Shown in pieces: positions 1 through 9,512 of a stretch of DNA of 26,424 bases. How positions within the stretch are numbered: the stretch's first letter is position 1; every line of letters starts with the position of its first letter. The DNA is from a virus (taxonomy: Duplodnaviria > Caudoviricetes), in the IMG/VR virus record IMGVR_UViG_3300008954_000237, positions 1 through 26,424 of that record, one strand, 5' to 3'. Below the pieces are notes generated by a model. That model saw only the letters and a list, made by a program, of their open reading frames with translations. It ran no database searches and had not been told where the DNA came from. Both the position numbers and the translations under genes were made by a program.

Positions 1-474
1 ACAGGTGTTTATTTTCACGACATTCCGCATGATCCTACAACAAATTTATCTACGATTAACTATAAGGAAGCCGAAGAATTAGGTTATTTTAAACTCGATT
101 TACTCAATGTAAACATCTATGAACATGTCAAAGACGAAACCCACCTAACTAGATTATTAGAACGAATCCCAGATTGGTCTTTGTTATTGCATAAAGAAAT
201 TGTTCAGCAATTATTTCACATACATGATCATTATGATATAGTTTCTCAAATGAAACCAAGGTCTGTTGAACAGCTTGCTATGGTATTAGCTATAATACGA
301 CCTGCCAAAAGGTACTTATTAGGACAGCCATGGATAGTAATAGAAGAACAAGTATGGCAAAAGCCTCAAGATGGTTCATATTACTTTAAAAAATCTCATG
401 CTATAAGTTATGCATATGCAATAACAGTCCAGCTCAATTCTCTTTGCGAATTAGCTGAATCTGCCTACGTTTGA
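1..474 (+). CDS. DNA polymerase III alpha (DnaE, C-family)-like protein, compact; 5' end outside the window
   Basis: Frame 1 is open from base 1 (TGVYFHDIP...EELGYFKLDLLNV...LAMVLAIIRP...YFKKSHAISYA). It matches DnaE motifs HAxGV, KxDxLG, LxRPG and FNKSHAxxY. The ORF-track start at 181 is internal. Confidence 0.75.
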   Translation, partial: TGVYFHDIPHDPTTNLSTINYKEAEELGYFKLDLLNVNIYEHVKDETHLTRLLERIPDWSLLLHKEIVQQLFHIHDHYDIVSQMKPRSVEQLAMVLAIIRPAKRYLLGQPWIVIEEQVWQKPQDGSYYFKKSHAISYAYAITVQLNSLCELAESAYV

Positions 475-814
475 CTCTTTTTTGTATTACATCTTGTAAA
501 GATATAGAAGGCCCGTACAATATTTCGAAATTTTTAATAGAAAAACTAGTTAATATATATCGAAAATCTTGAAATCTTTTTCCTAATATTATGTTAATAG
601 GAATCATTCTATTAGATTCCCACCACCATTCTTCTCCAAGCTCTAAAAATAATTTTTTCTTTTCTTTTTCTTTTAATTTATTGAATACATAAACAGATGC
701 TAAATTATTGCTTATATTTTGCACAATACCTATATATTCTTCATCTCCTTGTTTACATAAACTTAAAAAAGGAAATTTATCTAAAAATTCTTTTATTTCT
801 GATTCTAGTTCCAT
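434..814 (-). CDS. Hypothetical phage protein (WWWESNRMIP motif)
   Basis: Protein-like ORF. ATG at 814 is preferred over 865 because it lies just downstream of a minus-strand TAAATA (834-839) and avoids overlap with the divergent gene. Confidence 0.75.
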   Translation of the reverse strand: MELESEIKEFLDKFPFLSLCKQGDEEYIGIVQNISNNLASVYVFNKLKEKEKKKLFLELGEEWWWESNRMIPINIILGKRFQDFRYILTSFSIKNFEILYGPSISLQDVIQKRVKRRQIQLIRKEN

Positions 815-827
815 AAGTAAATTACGA

Positions 828-839
828 TAAATATATTTA
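828..839. promoter_or_regulatory. Two oppositely oriented TAAATA late-type promoter motifs
   Basis: TAAATA on + (828-833) and on - (834-839) in the gap between divergent genes; resembles the T4 late promoter TATAAATA. Confidence 0.6.
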
Positions 840-852
840 AGTGAGATATAAT

Positions 853-1647
853 ATGGCTGAAACAATTTATTTATATAAGTACGATATCAATATACATCTC
901 ATGTTAGCAAATGATAATAATAAAACGGTGAATCCTCCTATGAATAATAAAATAATAAAAGTTTACAAAGGTGTTAGTACTGTATTAAATTTTTTCATTA
1001 AAGATAACGACCGAAAACCTGTTAATTTAAATTCTGGTACACTTACAGCATATTTAGTAGACCATACAACCAAAAGTTTACTATTTTCTAGAGAATTAGT
1101 AGAAATAGAAAATGTTACAGGGAAAGCCACTTTAACAATATCTGATGTTGATTTAACTGTTATAAAATCAGGATTTTATGAATTAGCAGTGACATTAACA
1201 AATAATGACGGACAATCATTGCCTTTATTTGTAGATAGATCAGATAATACAAAAGTAACTATTGAACTTAAAGATGGGCCTATACCTGGATTTGAAGATT
1301 CGATAACTACTACTTTTTCTATTCCTGGAGGAATAGGCGATAAAACATATAGTTCGGCAATATCTGTTAGTGATACAAATAATGTTCTTCATACATTAGC
1401 AATTTATCATACCAATTATACAGGAAACATTTATGTAGAAGGATCAATAGAATCAACATCTGCTGCTTCTGGGTTTTTCCCTATATCAATTGGTTCAGGT
1501 GCGGATTATAAATCTTATACCGCATCAACATCAGGTCAATTAATTGATTCTGTTAATTTTACATCTAATTTAACATGGATTAGATTTGCCCATGATCCAG
1601 ATGCTGCTAATGTAGGAACGGTTGACAAAATCTTATATAGAAGTTAA
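853..1647 (+). CDS. Probable virion structural protein (beta-rich; N-terminal half resembles baseplate BppU-like domains)
   Basis: Long Thr/Ser/Gly-rich ORF; KGVSTVLNFFIKDNDRKPVNL...GKATLTI...GFYELAVTL pattern; TAAATA upstream; ATG at 853. Confidence 0.55.
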   Translation: MAETIYLYKYDINIHLMLANDNNKTVNPPMNNKIIKVYKGVSTVLNFFIKDNDRKPVNLNSGTLTAYLVDHTTKSLLFSRELVEIENVTGKATLTISDVDLTVIKSGFYELAVTLTNNDGQSLPLFVDRSDNTKVTIELKDGPIPGFEDSITTTFSIPGGIGDKTYSSAISVSDTNNVLHTLAIYHTNYTGNIYVEGSIESTSAASGFFPISIGSGADYKSYTASTSGQLIDSVNFTSNLTWIRFAHDPDAANVGTVDKILYRS

Positions 1648-1650
1648 ACT
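1622..1650 (+). promoter_or_regulatory. Sigma70-type promoter of primase
   Basis: TTGACA (1622-1627), 17 bp, TAAACT (1645-1650); the expected +1 coincides with the ATG at 1657. Confidence 0.7.
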
Positions 1651-1656
1651 ATATGC

Positions 1657-2652
1657 ATGAGTATAGTTCTGGATGTTGTTAAAGCAAATCTTCCAATAAA
1701 CGCAAAACAGACTCCATCTGGTTGGACCACTATAAATTGTCCATGTTGTATTCATTACGGCCAATCTAGACCCGACACAAGACATAGAGGCGGTTTTATT
1801 TTTACACCTGAAGAAGGTATAATATATCATTGTTTTAATTGTAATTACAAAACGGGTTGGAAGCCAACAGATAGATTTACTGATAGATTTAAAAAACTAT
1901 TAAGATATTTAGGCGTACCTAAATCGGATATACAACGTCTTCAACTGGAGACGATGCGAGAAGCAGATTTAGTTCAACCAGTAAAAGAAGAAACATCTGA
2001 ATATAAAATAAATTGGCCAGAAATAACTTTACCTAAAGGCTCTAAGCAATTAGATAAATGGGAGTTTAGTCCGTTATTTAATAGAGCATTAGAATATATT
2101 AGTAATAGAAAATTACTTGAATTAGCAGATTGGTATTATAGCGATGCAGTTATAGGTCAAATGCAAAACAGAATTATACTGCCGTATAAGTATAAAAATA
2201 AGGTAGTAGGTTTTACTGCAAGATGGACGGGAGAAAAACAAAACAAATATCCTAAGTATTATCAACAACAACCTAAGGACTTTGTGTTTAATTTAGATGC
2301 ACAAAAAAATAATAGAAAATATGTTTTAGTTACTGAAGGCCCGTTTGATGCATTAGCAATAGATGGTGTAGCAATAGGCGGTAGTAACATAAATTATCAA
2401 CAAGCACAAATAATAAATCAATTAGGTAAAGAAGTTATATTTGTTCCAGACCAAGACAAAGCAGGTATTGATGTAATACGGCAAGCAATTTATTATAACT
2501 GGCCTGTAAGTTTTCCTCCTTGGGAAGAAGCAAAAGATTGTGCAGATGCAGTGATTAAATATGGTAGACCATTTACTTTAAAAAGTATATTAGATTTTGT
2601 TGAAACAAATAAAACAAAAATAATAGTAAAAAGTAAGGTTATGAATGGCTGA
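1657..2652 (+). CDS. DNA primase (DnaG/T4 gp61-like)
   Basis: Zn-binding CPCC...HCFNC; TOPRIM motifs VTEGPFDA, PDQDKAG and KDCADA; adjacent to the helicase. Confidence 0.92.
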   Translation: MSIVLDVVKANLPINAKQTPSGWTTINCPCCIHYGQSRPDTRHRGGFIFTPEEGIIYHCFNCNYKTGWKPTDRFTDRFKKLLRYLGVPKSDIQRLQLETMREADLVQPVKEETSEYKINWPEITLPKGSKQLDKWEFSPLFNRALEYISNRKLLELADWYYSDAVIGQMQNRIILPYKYKNKVVGFTARWTGEKQNKYPKYYQQQPKDFVFNLDAQKNNRKYVLVTEGPFDALAIDGVAIGGSNINYQQAQIINQLGKEVIFVPDQDKAGIDVIRQAIYYNWPVSFPPWEEAKDCADAVIKYGRPFTLKSILDFVETNKTKIIVKSKVMNG

Positions 2653-4039
2653 AGAAGCAAAAGAATATACAGAAGATATGCAAAAACTTTATGTAGAGTT
2701 TTTGTTATCGGATTCTGAGTTGTATGGTAGGTGTCAAGCAATTATAGACTCAGAATATTTTGATAGAAAATTTAGAAAGAGTGTAAAGTTTATACAAGAA
2801 CATGTAGACAAATACACAACGGTTCCTACTATAGATCAGTTGAAGGCAAATACAGGTGTTGAATTTACATTAGTTAAAGATGTAGATGAACGACACCAAG
2901 AATGGTTCTTAGACGACTTTGAACAATTTTGTAAACACAAAGCATTAGCAAATGCAATTTTAGGTTCGACAGATTTATTAGAAGAGAATCAATTTGGTGC
3001 AGTAGAAAAAATAATTAAGGATGCAGTACAAGTTAGTTTAGCAAAAAACTTAGGTACAGATTACTACAACGAACCTGCAGATAGATTGCGTAATTTAAAA
3101 TCTAAGAATGGCGGTACTAGCACAGGTTGGACTTCTATTGATGCTAAGTTATTTGGAGGATTTAACAAAGGCGAACTTAATATATTTGCAGGTGGTAGTG
3201 GTGCAGGTAAGAGTATATTCCTGCAGAATCTTGCATTAAACTGGTCGCTAATGGGTTTAAATGTTATCTATTTAAGTTTAGAACTTAGTGAACATCTAAC
3301 TGCAATGCGAATGGATGCAATGGGTACAGGATATTCAACTAAGGATTTGTTTAAAAATTTAGATGATGTAGACCTGCGTGTTAAAATGCAACGTAAAAAA
3401 GCAGGAGCAATACAGATAGTACAGTTAGTAAATGGTTGTACAGTAAATGATATACGTGCATATCTAAAGGAATATACAGTACAAACAGGTATACGACCGG
3501 ATTGCATATTAGTAGATTATTTAGACTTAATGATGCCAGCACAACGTAAAGTACCGCCAAGTGATTTGTTTATTAAAGATAAATTTGTTAGCGAAGAATT
3601 AAGAAACTTATCTGTAGAATTAGATTTATTATTTGCAACAGCATCTCAATTAAACAGAGGTGCAGTAGACGAAATAGAATTTGATCATTCGCATATTGCA
3701 GGTGGTCTTAGTAAGATACAAACCGCTGATAATGTTATTGGTATATTCAGTTCCCGTGCAATGCGAGAACGTGGCAGAGTGCAAATACAATTTATGAAAA
3801 CTAGATCTAGTAGTGGTGTAGGACAGAAACTTGACTTAGAGTTTGATTTAAACACTTTGCGTATATCAGATTTACCAGATGATGAACAAGAAAATAGTCC
3901 TGCAGGAGATATATATGCAACTCTTAAAAAGAAATCTACATTATCAAAAGTAAAAGCAGGATTAGTAGAGAATCAAGTTGTAGAAGATAATGTTAATCAT
4001 AGTGATAAATTAAGAAGTATGTTGAAAGGAATGGATTAA
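2645..4039 (+). CDS. Replicative DNA helicase (DnaB/T4 gp41-like)
   Basis: Walker A GGSGAGKS, YLSLEL, Walker B ILVDYLDLM, TASQLNR, MKTR. Confidence 0.95.
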   Translation: MAEEAKEYTEDMQKLYVEFLLSDSELYGRCQAIIDSEYFDRKFRKSVKFIQEHVDKYTTVPTIDQLKANTGVEFTLVKDVDERHQEWFLDDFEQFCKHKALANAILGSTDLLEENQFGAVEKIIKDAVQVSLAKNLGTDYYNEPADRLRNLKSKNGGTSTGWTSIDAKLFGGFNKGELNIFAGGSGAGKSIFLQNLALNWSLMGLNVIYLSLELSEHLTAMRMDAMGTGYSTKDLFKNLDDVDLRVKMQRKKAGAIQIVQLVNGCTVNDIRAYLKEYTVQTGIRPDCILVDYLDLMMPAQRKVPPSDLFIKDKFVSEELRNLSVELDLLFATASQLNRGAVDEIEFDHSHIAGGLSKIQTADNVIGIFSSRAMRERGRVQIQFMKTRSSSGVGQKLDLEFDLNTLRISDLPDDEQENSPAGDIYATLKKKSTLSKVKAGLVENQVVEDNVNHSDKLRSMLKGMD

Positions 4040-4311
4040 CCGAGTATCAGTTGAAGAACTTTTAATAAAGCATGACTTTGGGTAGGCCTAACATCTCTAT
4101 TACTGGCCATCAAATTAACCGCAGCCATGGCATTATCTATCATCATTGCTCCGGTTTGAGGATCAGGATGTAACATACCAGGATCGATGTTTTGAATATT
4201 ATTAAGTAACCCTGTAGGATCAGCAGGTTCTTCGGCTTGATCTATAGCCTCTTCGCTAGGAATAGGTTGCCAATCTGCTTGATAATCTTCGCCTATATCA
4301 AATGCTTTCAT
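4036..4311 (-). CDS. Hypothetical acidic protein
   Basis: 91-aa ORF fills the gap; minus-strand TAAATA (4320-4325) 8 nt upstream of the ATG. Confidence 0.7.
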   Translation of the reverse strand: MKAFDIGEDYQADWQPIPSEEAIDQAEEPADPTGLLNNIQNIDPGMLHPDPQTGAMMIDNAMAAVNLMASNRDVRPTQSHALLKVLQLILG

Positions 4312-4318
4312 AACAACA

Positions 4319-4334
4319 ATATTTAGCTAAATAT
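4319..4334. promoter_or_regulatory. Palindromic back-to-back TAAATA late-type promoters
   Basis: Perfect 16-bp palindrome ATATTTAGCTAAATAT between divergent genes. Confidence 0.65.
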
Positions 4335-4351
4335 ATACATAAGGATCACAT

Positions 4352-4609
4352 ATGACATCCACAAAGAGTCTTTTTGAAGAAATTAGTACAATAGCAACTA
4401 AACGAGATAATTCTTTATTAGTTGAATCTAGAGCTGAACATATTATTGCAAGTGTAATTAATTTAGTACATTTAATCCAGGAATCGTATACTTCTGAACA
4501 AGCAGCCGATTTAAATAAAAGGTTAATTAATGCAATACGAACAGAAGATGTAAGAAAGTTTTCAAGGGGAATGCGAAAAATTAAGGAATTTCAAGAAAAT
4601 GAAAATTGA
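4352..4609 (+). CDS. Hypothetical protein (probable head-associated)
   Basis: SD AAGGA and TAAATA upstream; helical 85-aa ORF. Confidence 0.75.
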   Translation: MTSTKSLFEEISTIATKRDNSLLVESRAEHIIASVINLVHLIQESYTSEQAADLNKRLINAIRTEDVRKFSRGMRKIKEFQENEN

Positions 4610-4766
4610 AGAAATTATAAATTTACATGATATTAGTCCTCGTAAATTAGCGGCAAAAAATTTAGCTACTAAAAGGATTAAAAGGAAAAAGCAAAAAAAC
4701 TTTCATATTTCAAATATTATAAAAAGAATTAAAGGTAAATTGTGCGATGATGTTAACCACGATTAA
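4599..4766 (+). CDS. Small basic protein, 55 aa (absent from the ORF track)
   Basis: MKIEEIINLHDISPRKLAAKNLATKRIKRKKQKNFHISNIIKRIKGKLCDDVNHD*; AAGGA upstream; fills the gap between neighbouring genes. Confidence 0.65.
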   Translation: MKIEEIINLHDISPRKLAAKNLATKRIKRKKQKNFHISNIIKRIKGKLCDDVNHD

Positions 4767-5292
4767 TACGTTAACCGAAAGCAAATTGTTTAGACATAAA
4801 CAAACATTAAAAAATTTAGGCGAACAAGGGCTAAAAGATCTAACTTTTTTATATATGTTAATGTTATATGTTATGTATAATGAACCCGAAACCCACACAA
4901 AAGCCACACATTACGCAAAAAGAACTAAATCATATAGAGATTTCAAAGAATTTTATATAGGCGGAACAGATTTATATCTATTAATTAATGCAAATTTAGG
5001 CTCGATCAATAAGCCTCTGTTCCTCATGTTTCTTGATCGTTTGGCAAGTGCAGACATAAAAAGAGAATTTATTCATAGATTTTTATTAAATATGCAAACA
5101 ACTTTGAATATTCAAAATAGTTCTATAAGAACTATGCGAAGATATATACAAGATTGGCATTTGCAACATCATGCACGAAAAAATCAAATAATGACATCAA
5201 TAATGTCTTTTATTAAAACTAAAGCACGACATATAGAAATATATGATGAAATGGCAGATATACGAACAAAATATATGTTAAGAGATAAATAA
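4747..5292 (+). CDS. Hypothetical protein
   Basis: 181-aa ORF in operon context. Confidence 0.75.
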   Translation: MMLTTINTLTESKLFRHKQTLKNLGEQGLKDLTFLYMLMLYVMYNEPETHTKATHYAKRTKSYRDFKEFYIGGTDLYLLINANLGSINKPLFLMFLDRLASADIKREFIHRFLLNMQTTLNIQNSSIRTMRRYIQDWHLQHHARKNQIMTSIMSFIKTKARHIEIYDEMADIRTKYMLRDK

Positions 5293-5322
5293 ATAAAATA
5301 ACAGCTATTTAGGAGAATAAAA

Positions 5323-5592
5323 ATGGCAGCAGGAAATGTAGCAACAGGCACGCATGGCGGCAAACAAATGATGTTGGTGAAATTTGCTAAAACTCCCATC
5401 TCAGCCGAGGAGATAAACGCAGCAATTCAGCAATGTGCATACAACGGTAATACAATAGTAGCAACAAAAGTAGATACAAACGATGTTCAATGTATCATCG
5501 AAGGTGCTGGAATCCCTTCCACCGAAGTCGGCTCCAATTATGGTGAGGGTAATACAGGCGTTACCTCATCAGTTGAAATTACTTTTGGGTAA
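5323..5592 (+). CDS. Small probable virion (decoration-type) protein
   Basis: TAAATA at 5286-5295, strong SD AGGAG, Gly/Ala/Thr-rich, followed by its own terminator. Confidence 0.65.
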   Translation: MAAGNVATGTHGGKQMMLVKFAKTPISAEEINAAIQQCAYNGNTIVATKVDTNDVQCIIEGAGIPSTEVGSNYGEGNTGVTSSVEITFG

Positions 5593-5610
5593 TATAAAAT
5601 AAAAAAATAA

Positions 5611-5641
5611 AAAGGCGTCTATTATTTAGACGTCTTTTTTT
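5611..5641. terminator. Intrinsic terminator, probably bidirectional
   Basis: Stem AAAGGCGTCTA / TAGACGTCTTT with T run after and A run before. Confidence 0.85.
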
Positions 5642-5669
5642 ATGACCAATAAATATTAATAAAGGTTAT

Positions 5670-6188
5670 ATGTCTACATTTCATAATGCCGGGGAATTCG
5701 TCGGCGCCAATATAGAATTTTTCTCAATATTCAGTTTAATAGATTTTTCTGATTCAGATATGGGAGCAAATCCTTCTTTATACGATTCTAATGGTAACAA
5801 CTTAGATTTAACATCTGCAGATTCTAAACCTTATCATCAGGCACAAAATTTAAATATTTTACTTCAAAGTATAGGTATGAGATGTCAGCCAGCTATAGTA
5901 TCGGTTAATTCTCAGAATACAAACATAACTAATTTTAATGGTGCTCATAGTGTAAGTTTGGGTTCTGAATATAGTGGTACTTTAACTATATGGACTATTA
6001 AAATCGCCACTTCTAGTCCGGGAGCTTGGTCAGTAGAATTATTACAAAATGAATTACATAGTATACCTATAGAAGGTTCTAGTAATTTAACTGATACAAC
6101 AACAGACATTGTTGGAAATATAATAAATACTAATGTTAGTGATAATGTTAATAGAAACACTATCATTGAAATGGCTGAAATACTTTAG
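5670..6188 (+). CDS. Hypothetical, probable virion protein
   Basis: TAAATA 5650-5655, SD AAGG, Asn/Ser-rich. Confidence 0.7.
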   Translation: MSTFHNAGEFVGANIEFFSIFSLIDFSDSDMGANPSLYDSNGNNLDLTSADSKPYHQAQNLNILLQSIGMRCQPAIVSVNSQNTNITNFNGAHSVSLGSEYSGTLTIWTIKIATSSPGAWSVELLQNELHSIPIEGSSNLTDTTTDIVGNIINTNVSDNVNRNTIIEMAEIL

Positions 6189-6261
6189 GCAAATACTGGC
6201 TCCAAATCGATATTACTATATCGTGTAATTAAAAACACAAGTAAAAGGATTTGGTTAAAAC

Positions 6262-6573
6262 ATGTCAATAGAAAAACAGAGCTTAGAAGCTCATGTTGAG
6301 CTATGTGCAGAACGGTATGATAATTTAGAAGATAGATTAGAAGACATAGTTAGACGAATTGAGAGAAGTTATGTTCGTTTTGACAAAATGGAACAGTCTA
6401 TAGACAAAGTACAAGATTTTGTAACCAATCATCATACCGATAGATTTCAAGCACTAGAATCTCGACAAGGATCGCTAGAAGATAAAATTTCTAGTACAAT
6501 GAAAATTATGTACGGTACCCTAGTCACTCTATTAGTCGCTGTTATCGGTAGCCTCTTTCATATGATAAATTAA
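6262..6573 (+). CDS. Coiled-coil protein with C-terminal membrane anchor
   Basis: Heptad-like N-terminal region; hydrophobic IMYGTLVTLLVAVIGSLF at the C-terminus. Confidence 0.75.
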   Translation: MSIEKQSLEAHVELCAERYDNLEDRLEDIVRRIERSYVRFDKMEQSIDKVQDFVTNHHTDRFQALESRQGSLEDKISSTMKIMYGTLVTLLVAVIGSLFHMIN

Positions 6574-6599
6574 TAAATACAATAATAGGAATTCTATTT

Positions 6600-6878
6600 A
6601 TGCAGATATGTGACGTTACTGAGCCTCTTATTGAAACAAAAATTGTTTGGGCAAAAAAAGGTAAAGATAAGATTGTTAAAAAATATCGCTGTACTTTTGG
6701 AAAACGAAAAGGTAGAGCAGTATCAAATCCTTCTCAATGTGCTGCACCAATCGATATTAAAAAGAAATTTCAGCTTAAAAAAACAAAAGCTCGACTAGGC
6801 AAAAAAATGACTAGAAAAGCATTGAGAACAAAAAAATTTAATCCTGTAAGCAAACGAATAAGGTCGATGAATAAATGA
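6600..6878 (+). CDS. Very basic small protein (possible head-internal or DNA-binding)
   Basis: TAAATA 6574-6579, SD AGGA; Lys/Arg-rich after N-terminal MQICDVTEPLIE. Confidence 0.75.
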   Translation: MQICDVTEPLIETKIVWAKKGKDKIVKKYRCTFGKRKGRAVSNPSQCAAPIDIKKKFQLKKTKARLGKKMTRKALRTKKFNPVSKRIRSMNK

Positions 6879-7342
6879 AAGCATTATTATCGTTAAATGA
6901 AAGTACTGTTGAAGAAATTATCGTCGATCTAATCGGAGTACCTGAAGATCATGCAGCATATATGGCAAAAAATATGCGTCTAAGTGAAATATTAGATATG
7001 ATTCATGAACTTAAAGGTAATAATGTAGACGAAGCAACTAATATTTTAGAACCATATTTAGCAGAATTACATTCAGGCTCAGCAACAAAAACTGCTGCAC
7101 AAAATCAATCACAATCAACAATAAAACCTACTAGACCAACAGTAAAAGGCCAAAATGCAGATGCAGACGAAGAGATGCGTACAGGTGAACCTGCAGGAGA
7201 TGTTAATATCTCTATGACAGACCAAAATGGCAATGAACTATATTCTAAAAATGTTAAAAAATCAGGTGCTATGCGAGCAGCAAGACAATTACCTAAGTCT
7301 GCCAAAGGCTCGGCAATACGAAATATAGCAGGTATACAATGA
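6875..7342 (+). CDS. Hypothetical protein
   Basis: ATGA-type overlaps with both neighbours. Confidence 0.75.
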   Translation: MKALLSLNESTVEEIIVDLIGVPEDHAAYMAKNMRLSEILDMIHELKGNNVDEATNILEPYLAELHSGSATKTAAQNQSQSTIKPTRPTVKGQNADADEEMRTGEPAGDVNISMTDQNGNELYSKNVKKSGAMRAARQLPKSAKGSAIRNIAGIQ

Positions 7343-7536
7343 AAGTTGTAGAAGTAGCAGGACCTTGTCCTGTAATGATTTCAAATAAAGAAGCAACTGT
7401 TTATGAAAAGATTTGTAGTAAGGAAGGATGTTCTAAAGATGATTTATCGGAAAGAGAAAGTTCCATTGTAAAACAACTTACTACCAAAGGAGTCATTGAT
7501 AGAATTAACGGTCGCTTTTATCCTAGTTTTCGATAA
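7339..7536 (+). CDS. Small hypothetical protein, possibly winged-helix-like
   Basis: 65 aa, coupled to the upstream gene; LSERESSIVKQLTTKGVIDR pattern. Confidence 0.65.
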   Translation: MKVVEVAGPCPVMISNKEATVYEKICSKEGCSKDDLSERESSIVKQLTTKGVIDRINGRFYPSFR

Positions 7537-7566
7537 ATAATATAAATGAGTATGGGGATTTAAAAA

Positions 7567-8763
7567 ATGAATATTTCAGACTTTGATCATGGTAAAACTA
7601 AATTAGATAAAATTAATAATTATCTGCAAGAAACATTTGGTTTTTCGCTTAAAAAAGACGACGTCACACCTGAAGCAATACAAAACATATTGTATAAAGT
7701 GCGAGACAAACAATCAGAAATTGTCAATGAATCTAATATTAATGATTTTCATAAGCATCCAGATTATGCTAAGACAATTATGGTAGCAGAGGCTTTGGCT
7801 ATTATGCTAAAAGAAGTTTCCCCGACACAACGAAAAACAACACGAAAAGTCAAGGAATCTAAAATGACTAAAAAAGTTGCAGAGCATAAAGAAAAAGGTA
7901 TGAAAAAACATTCCCATCCAGGTAAAAAAATGGAAGCAAAACAAGAAGATACTAAAAAGGAAAAAGTGGAAGAAGTAAAAAAAGTAAAAGAAGATGGTGG
8001 TAAACGAATAGGGTCACGCTCATTTGGATCGATAAAAGATCCTAAAACAGGAGAATGGTCTTATACACAACGAATATCAACTCCTGGCATGAATGATTAT
8101 GTGGCTAAAGGTAAATTTAAAAAAGGAACAGATATAGAAAAAGTATCGAACGCCCAAGCAAAACACCAAACTAAACAATTTCATAGGGATCATAACTTAT
8201 CAGATTCGGTAAATCCCCGTTCTGTTACTTTAGAAAATCTTCGTCCGTTAATGGAACAAGATTTAGATCAAGCAGAACTTGTTCTTGCAGCCAAAGACAT
8301 GGTTGATAATATTCAAAAAATGGCAGAAGATTTAGCATCTATGCAAGTTGAAGATCTTATGCCTTTAACAGATGCAATGCGAGAATCTTTTGGAACAGAA
8401 CAAGCCGAAATCTTTAATCAATCTGTCGATACAATATTAGGTTCTGCATTAGATGCCATAAAAACAACTCGTGAAGGTGTAGATCAAGCAATTATGGTAC
8501 TTACCGGGGAAGCAGTACCTATGAATGATATGATGGGAGACGAAATGCCACCGGCAGGTGACATGGGAGACGAAATGGAAATTCCTGCTGAAGACGAATT
8601 TGCAGGCGACGAAGCAGAAGCAGGGAATGAAGGAGAACCATTAGGGCGTATCCCTAAAGAATCTATAGAAAATGCAAAAAAACTTTTGCTTCAACATGCA
8701 AAAAATGGTAAATTAACAAAAGCATCCATTCAAGAAGCCGCAAAAGTGATGGCCGGCAAGTGA
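7567..8763 (+). CDS. Probable prohead core/scaffold-like protein
   Basis: TAAATA 7534-7539; charged helical segments, acidic Met/Gly/Asp/Glu low-complexity tract, many (V/L/I)xE sites. Function is inferred. Confidence 0.5.
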   Translation: MNISDFDHGKTKLDKINNYLQETFGFSLKKDDVTPEAIQNILYKVRDKQSEIVNESNINDFHKHPDYAKTIMVAEALAIMLKEVSPTQRKTTRKVKESKMTKKVAEHKEKGMKKHSHPGKKMEAKQEDTKKEKVEEVKKVKEDGGKRIGSRSFGSIKDPKTGEWSYTQRISTPGMNDYVAKGKFKKGTDIEKVSNAQAKHQTKQFHRDHNLSDSVNPRSVTLENLRPLMEQDLDQAELVLAAKDMVDNIQKMAEDLASMQVEDLMPLTDAMRESFGTEQAEIFNQSVDTILGSALDAIKTTREGVDQAIMVLTGEAVPMNDMMGDEMPPAGDMGDEMEIPAEDEFAGDEAEAGNEGEPLGRIPKESIENAKKLLLQHAKNGKLTKASIQEAAKVMAGK

Positions 8764-8770
8764 GGCCAAT

Positions 8771-9112
8771 ATGCGAGTTTGTGAAATAATACTTCAGGAA
8801 AATAAATGGAATCCTGATAACATGAAACATGAGGTGCTGACATTATTAACATCAGCGGCAGCCGAAGGTATAACTCAAATATCTCCAGTCAATTTATTAC
8901 AAGATTTAAAAGCAATGGGTTATCCTATGACCATGTCAGGATTATATGATTTATTACAAGGGGAAGAACTTATTAAAAATATGAATAATAATGTAATCGA
9001 ACTTGCAATTACAGATGCTACTATGTTTACTAATCCTGAAAAAAGTAAAAAAGATGCTAATAAAATTCATAATACAGCAGTAAAACAAGTAAATAAGAAA
9101 ATAGGTATATAA
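8771..9112 (+). CDS. Hypothetical protein
   Basis: SD GAGG; N-terminus MRVCEIILQE. Confidence 0.75.
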   Translation: MRVCEIILQENKWNPDNMKHEVLTLLTSAAAEGITQISPVNLLQDLKAMGYPMTMSGLYDLLQGEELIKNMNNNVIELAITDATMFTNPEKSKKDANKIHNTAVKQVNKKIGI

Positions 9113-9126
9113 AAGGAGTATTTTTA

Positions 9127-9480
9127 ATGTCAAATTTTATTACTGCAACAGATGCAAGAAAACGTGGACAAAATATAGTAGTCATACATGGCGAACAAAC
9201 TACTCTAGAAAAAAATATATTAACCACAATGACCAGTACTTCAGGTAATGTTCTTACTGTATCTATTACAGATAATTCAACTATGACCGAATCAACTGAT
9301 CCCACTGGTAAAGCTGTAGCAGAATCTTATTATAATGTTTGGCAAGGTTCCTCTGTTGATGCAGCAAAATCTTACCAAATGGCAGAAGTTATAAAACATT
9401 TTACTGATTTAGGTTATTCTATTCATAGAGAACTAAACACATCAACAAATACAACATTTAAATGGGTTGTATCCTGGTAG
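9127..9480 (+). CDS. Hypothetical, probable virion protein
   Basis: TAAATA 9090-9095, SD AAGGAG. Confidence 0.75.
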   Translation: MSNFITATDARKRGQNIVVIHGEQTTLEKNILTTMTSTSGNVLTVSITDNSTMTESTDPTGKAVAESYYNVWQGSSVDAAKSYQMAEVIKHFTDLGYSIHRELNTSTNTTFKWVVSW

Positions 9481-9506
9481 ACATCAATATATAATTATGT
9501 TATAAT
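9478..9506 (+). promoter_or_regulatory. Sigma70-type promoter with extended -10
   Basis: TAGACA (9478-9483), 17 bp, TGn-TATAAT (9501-9506); the expected +1 coincides with the ATG at 9513. Confidence 0.75.
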
Positions 9507-9512
9507 TGTTAC

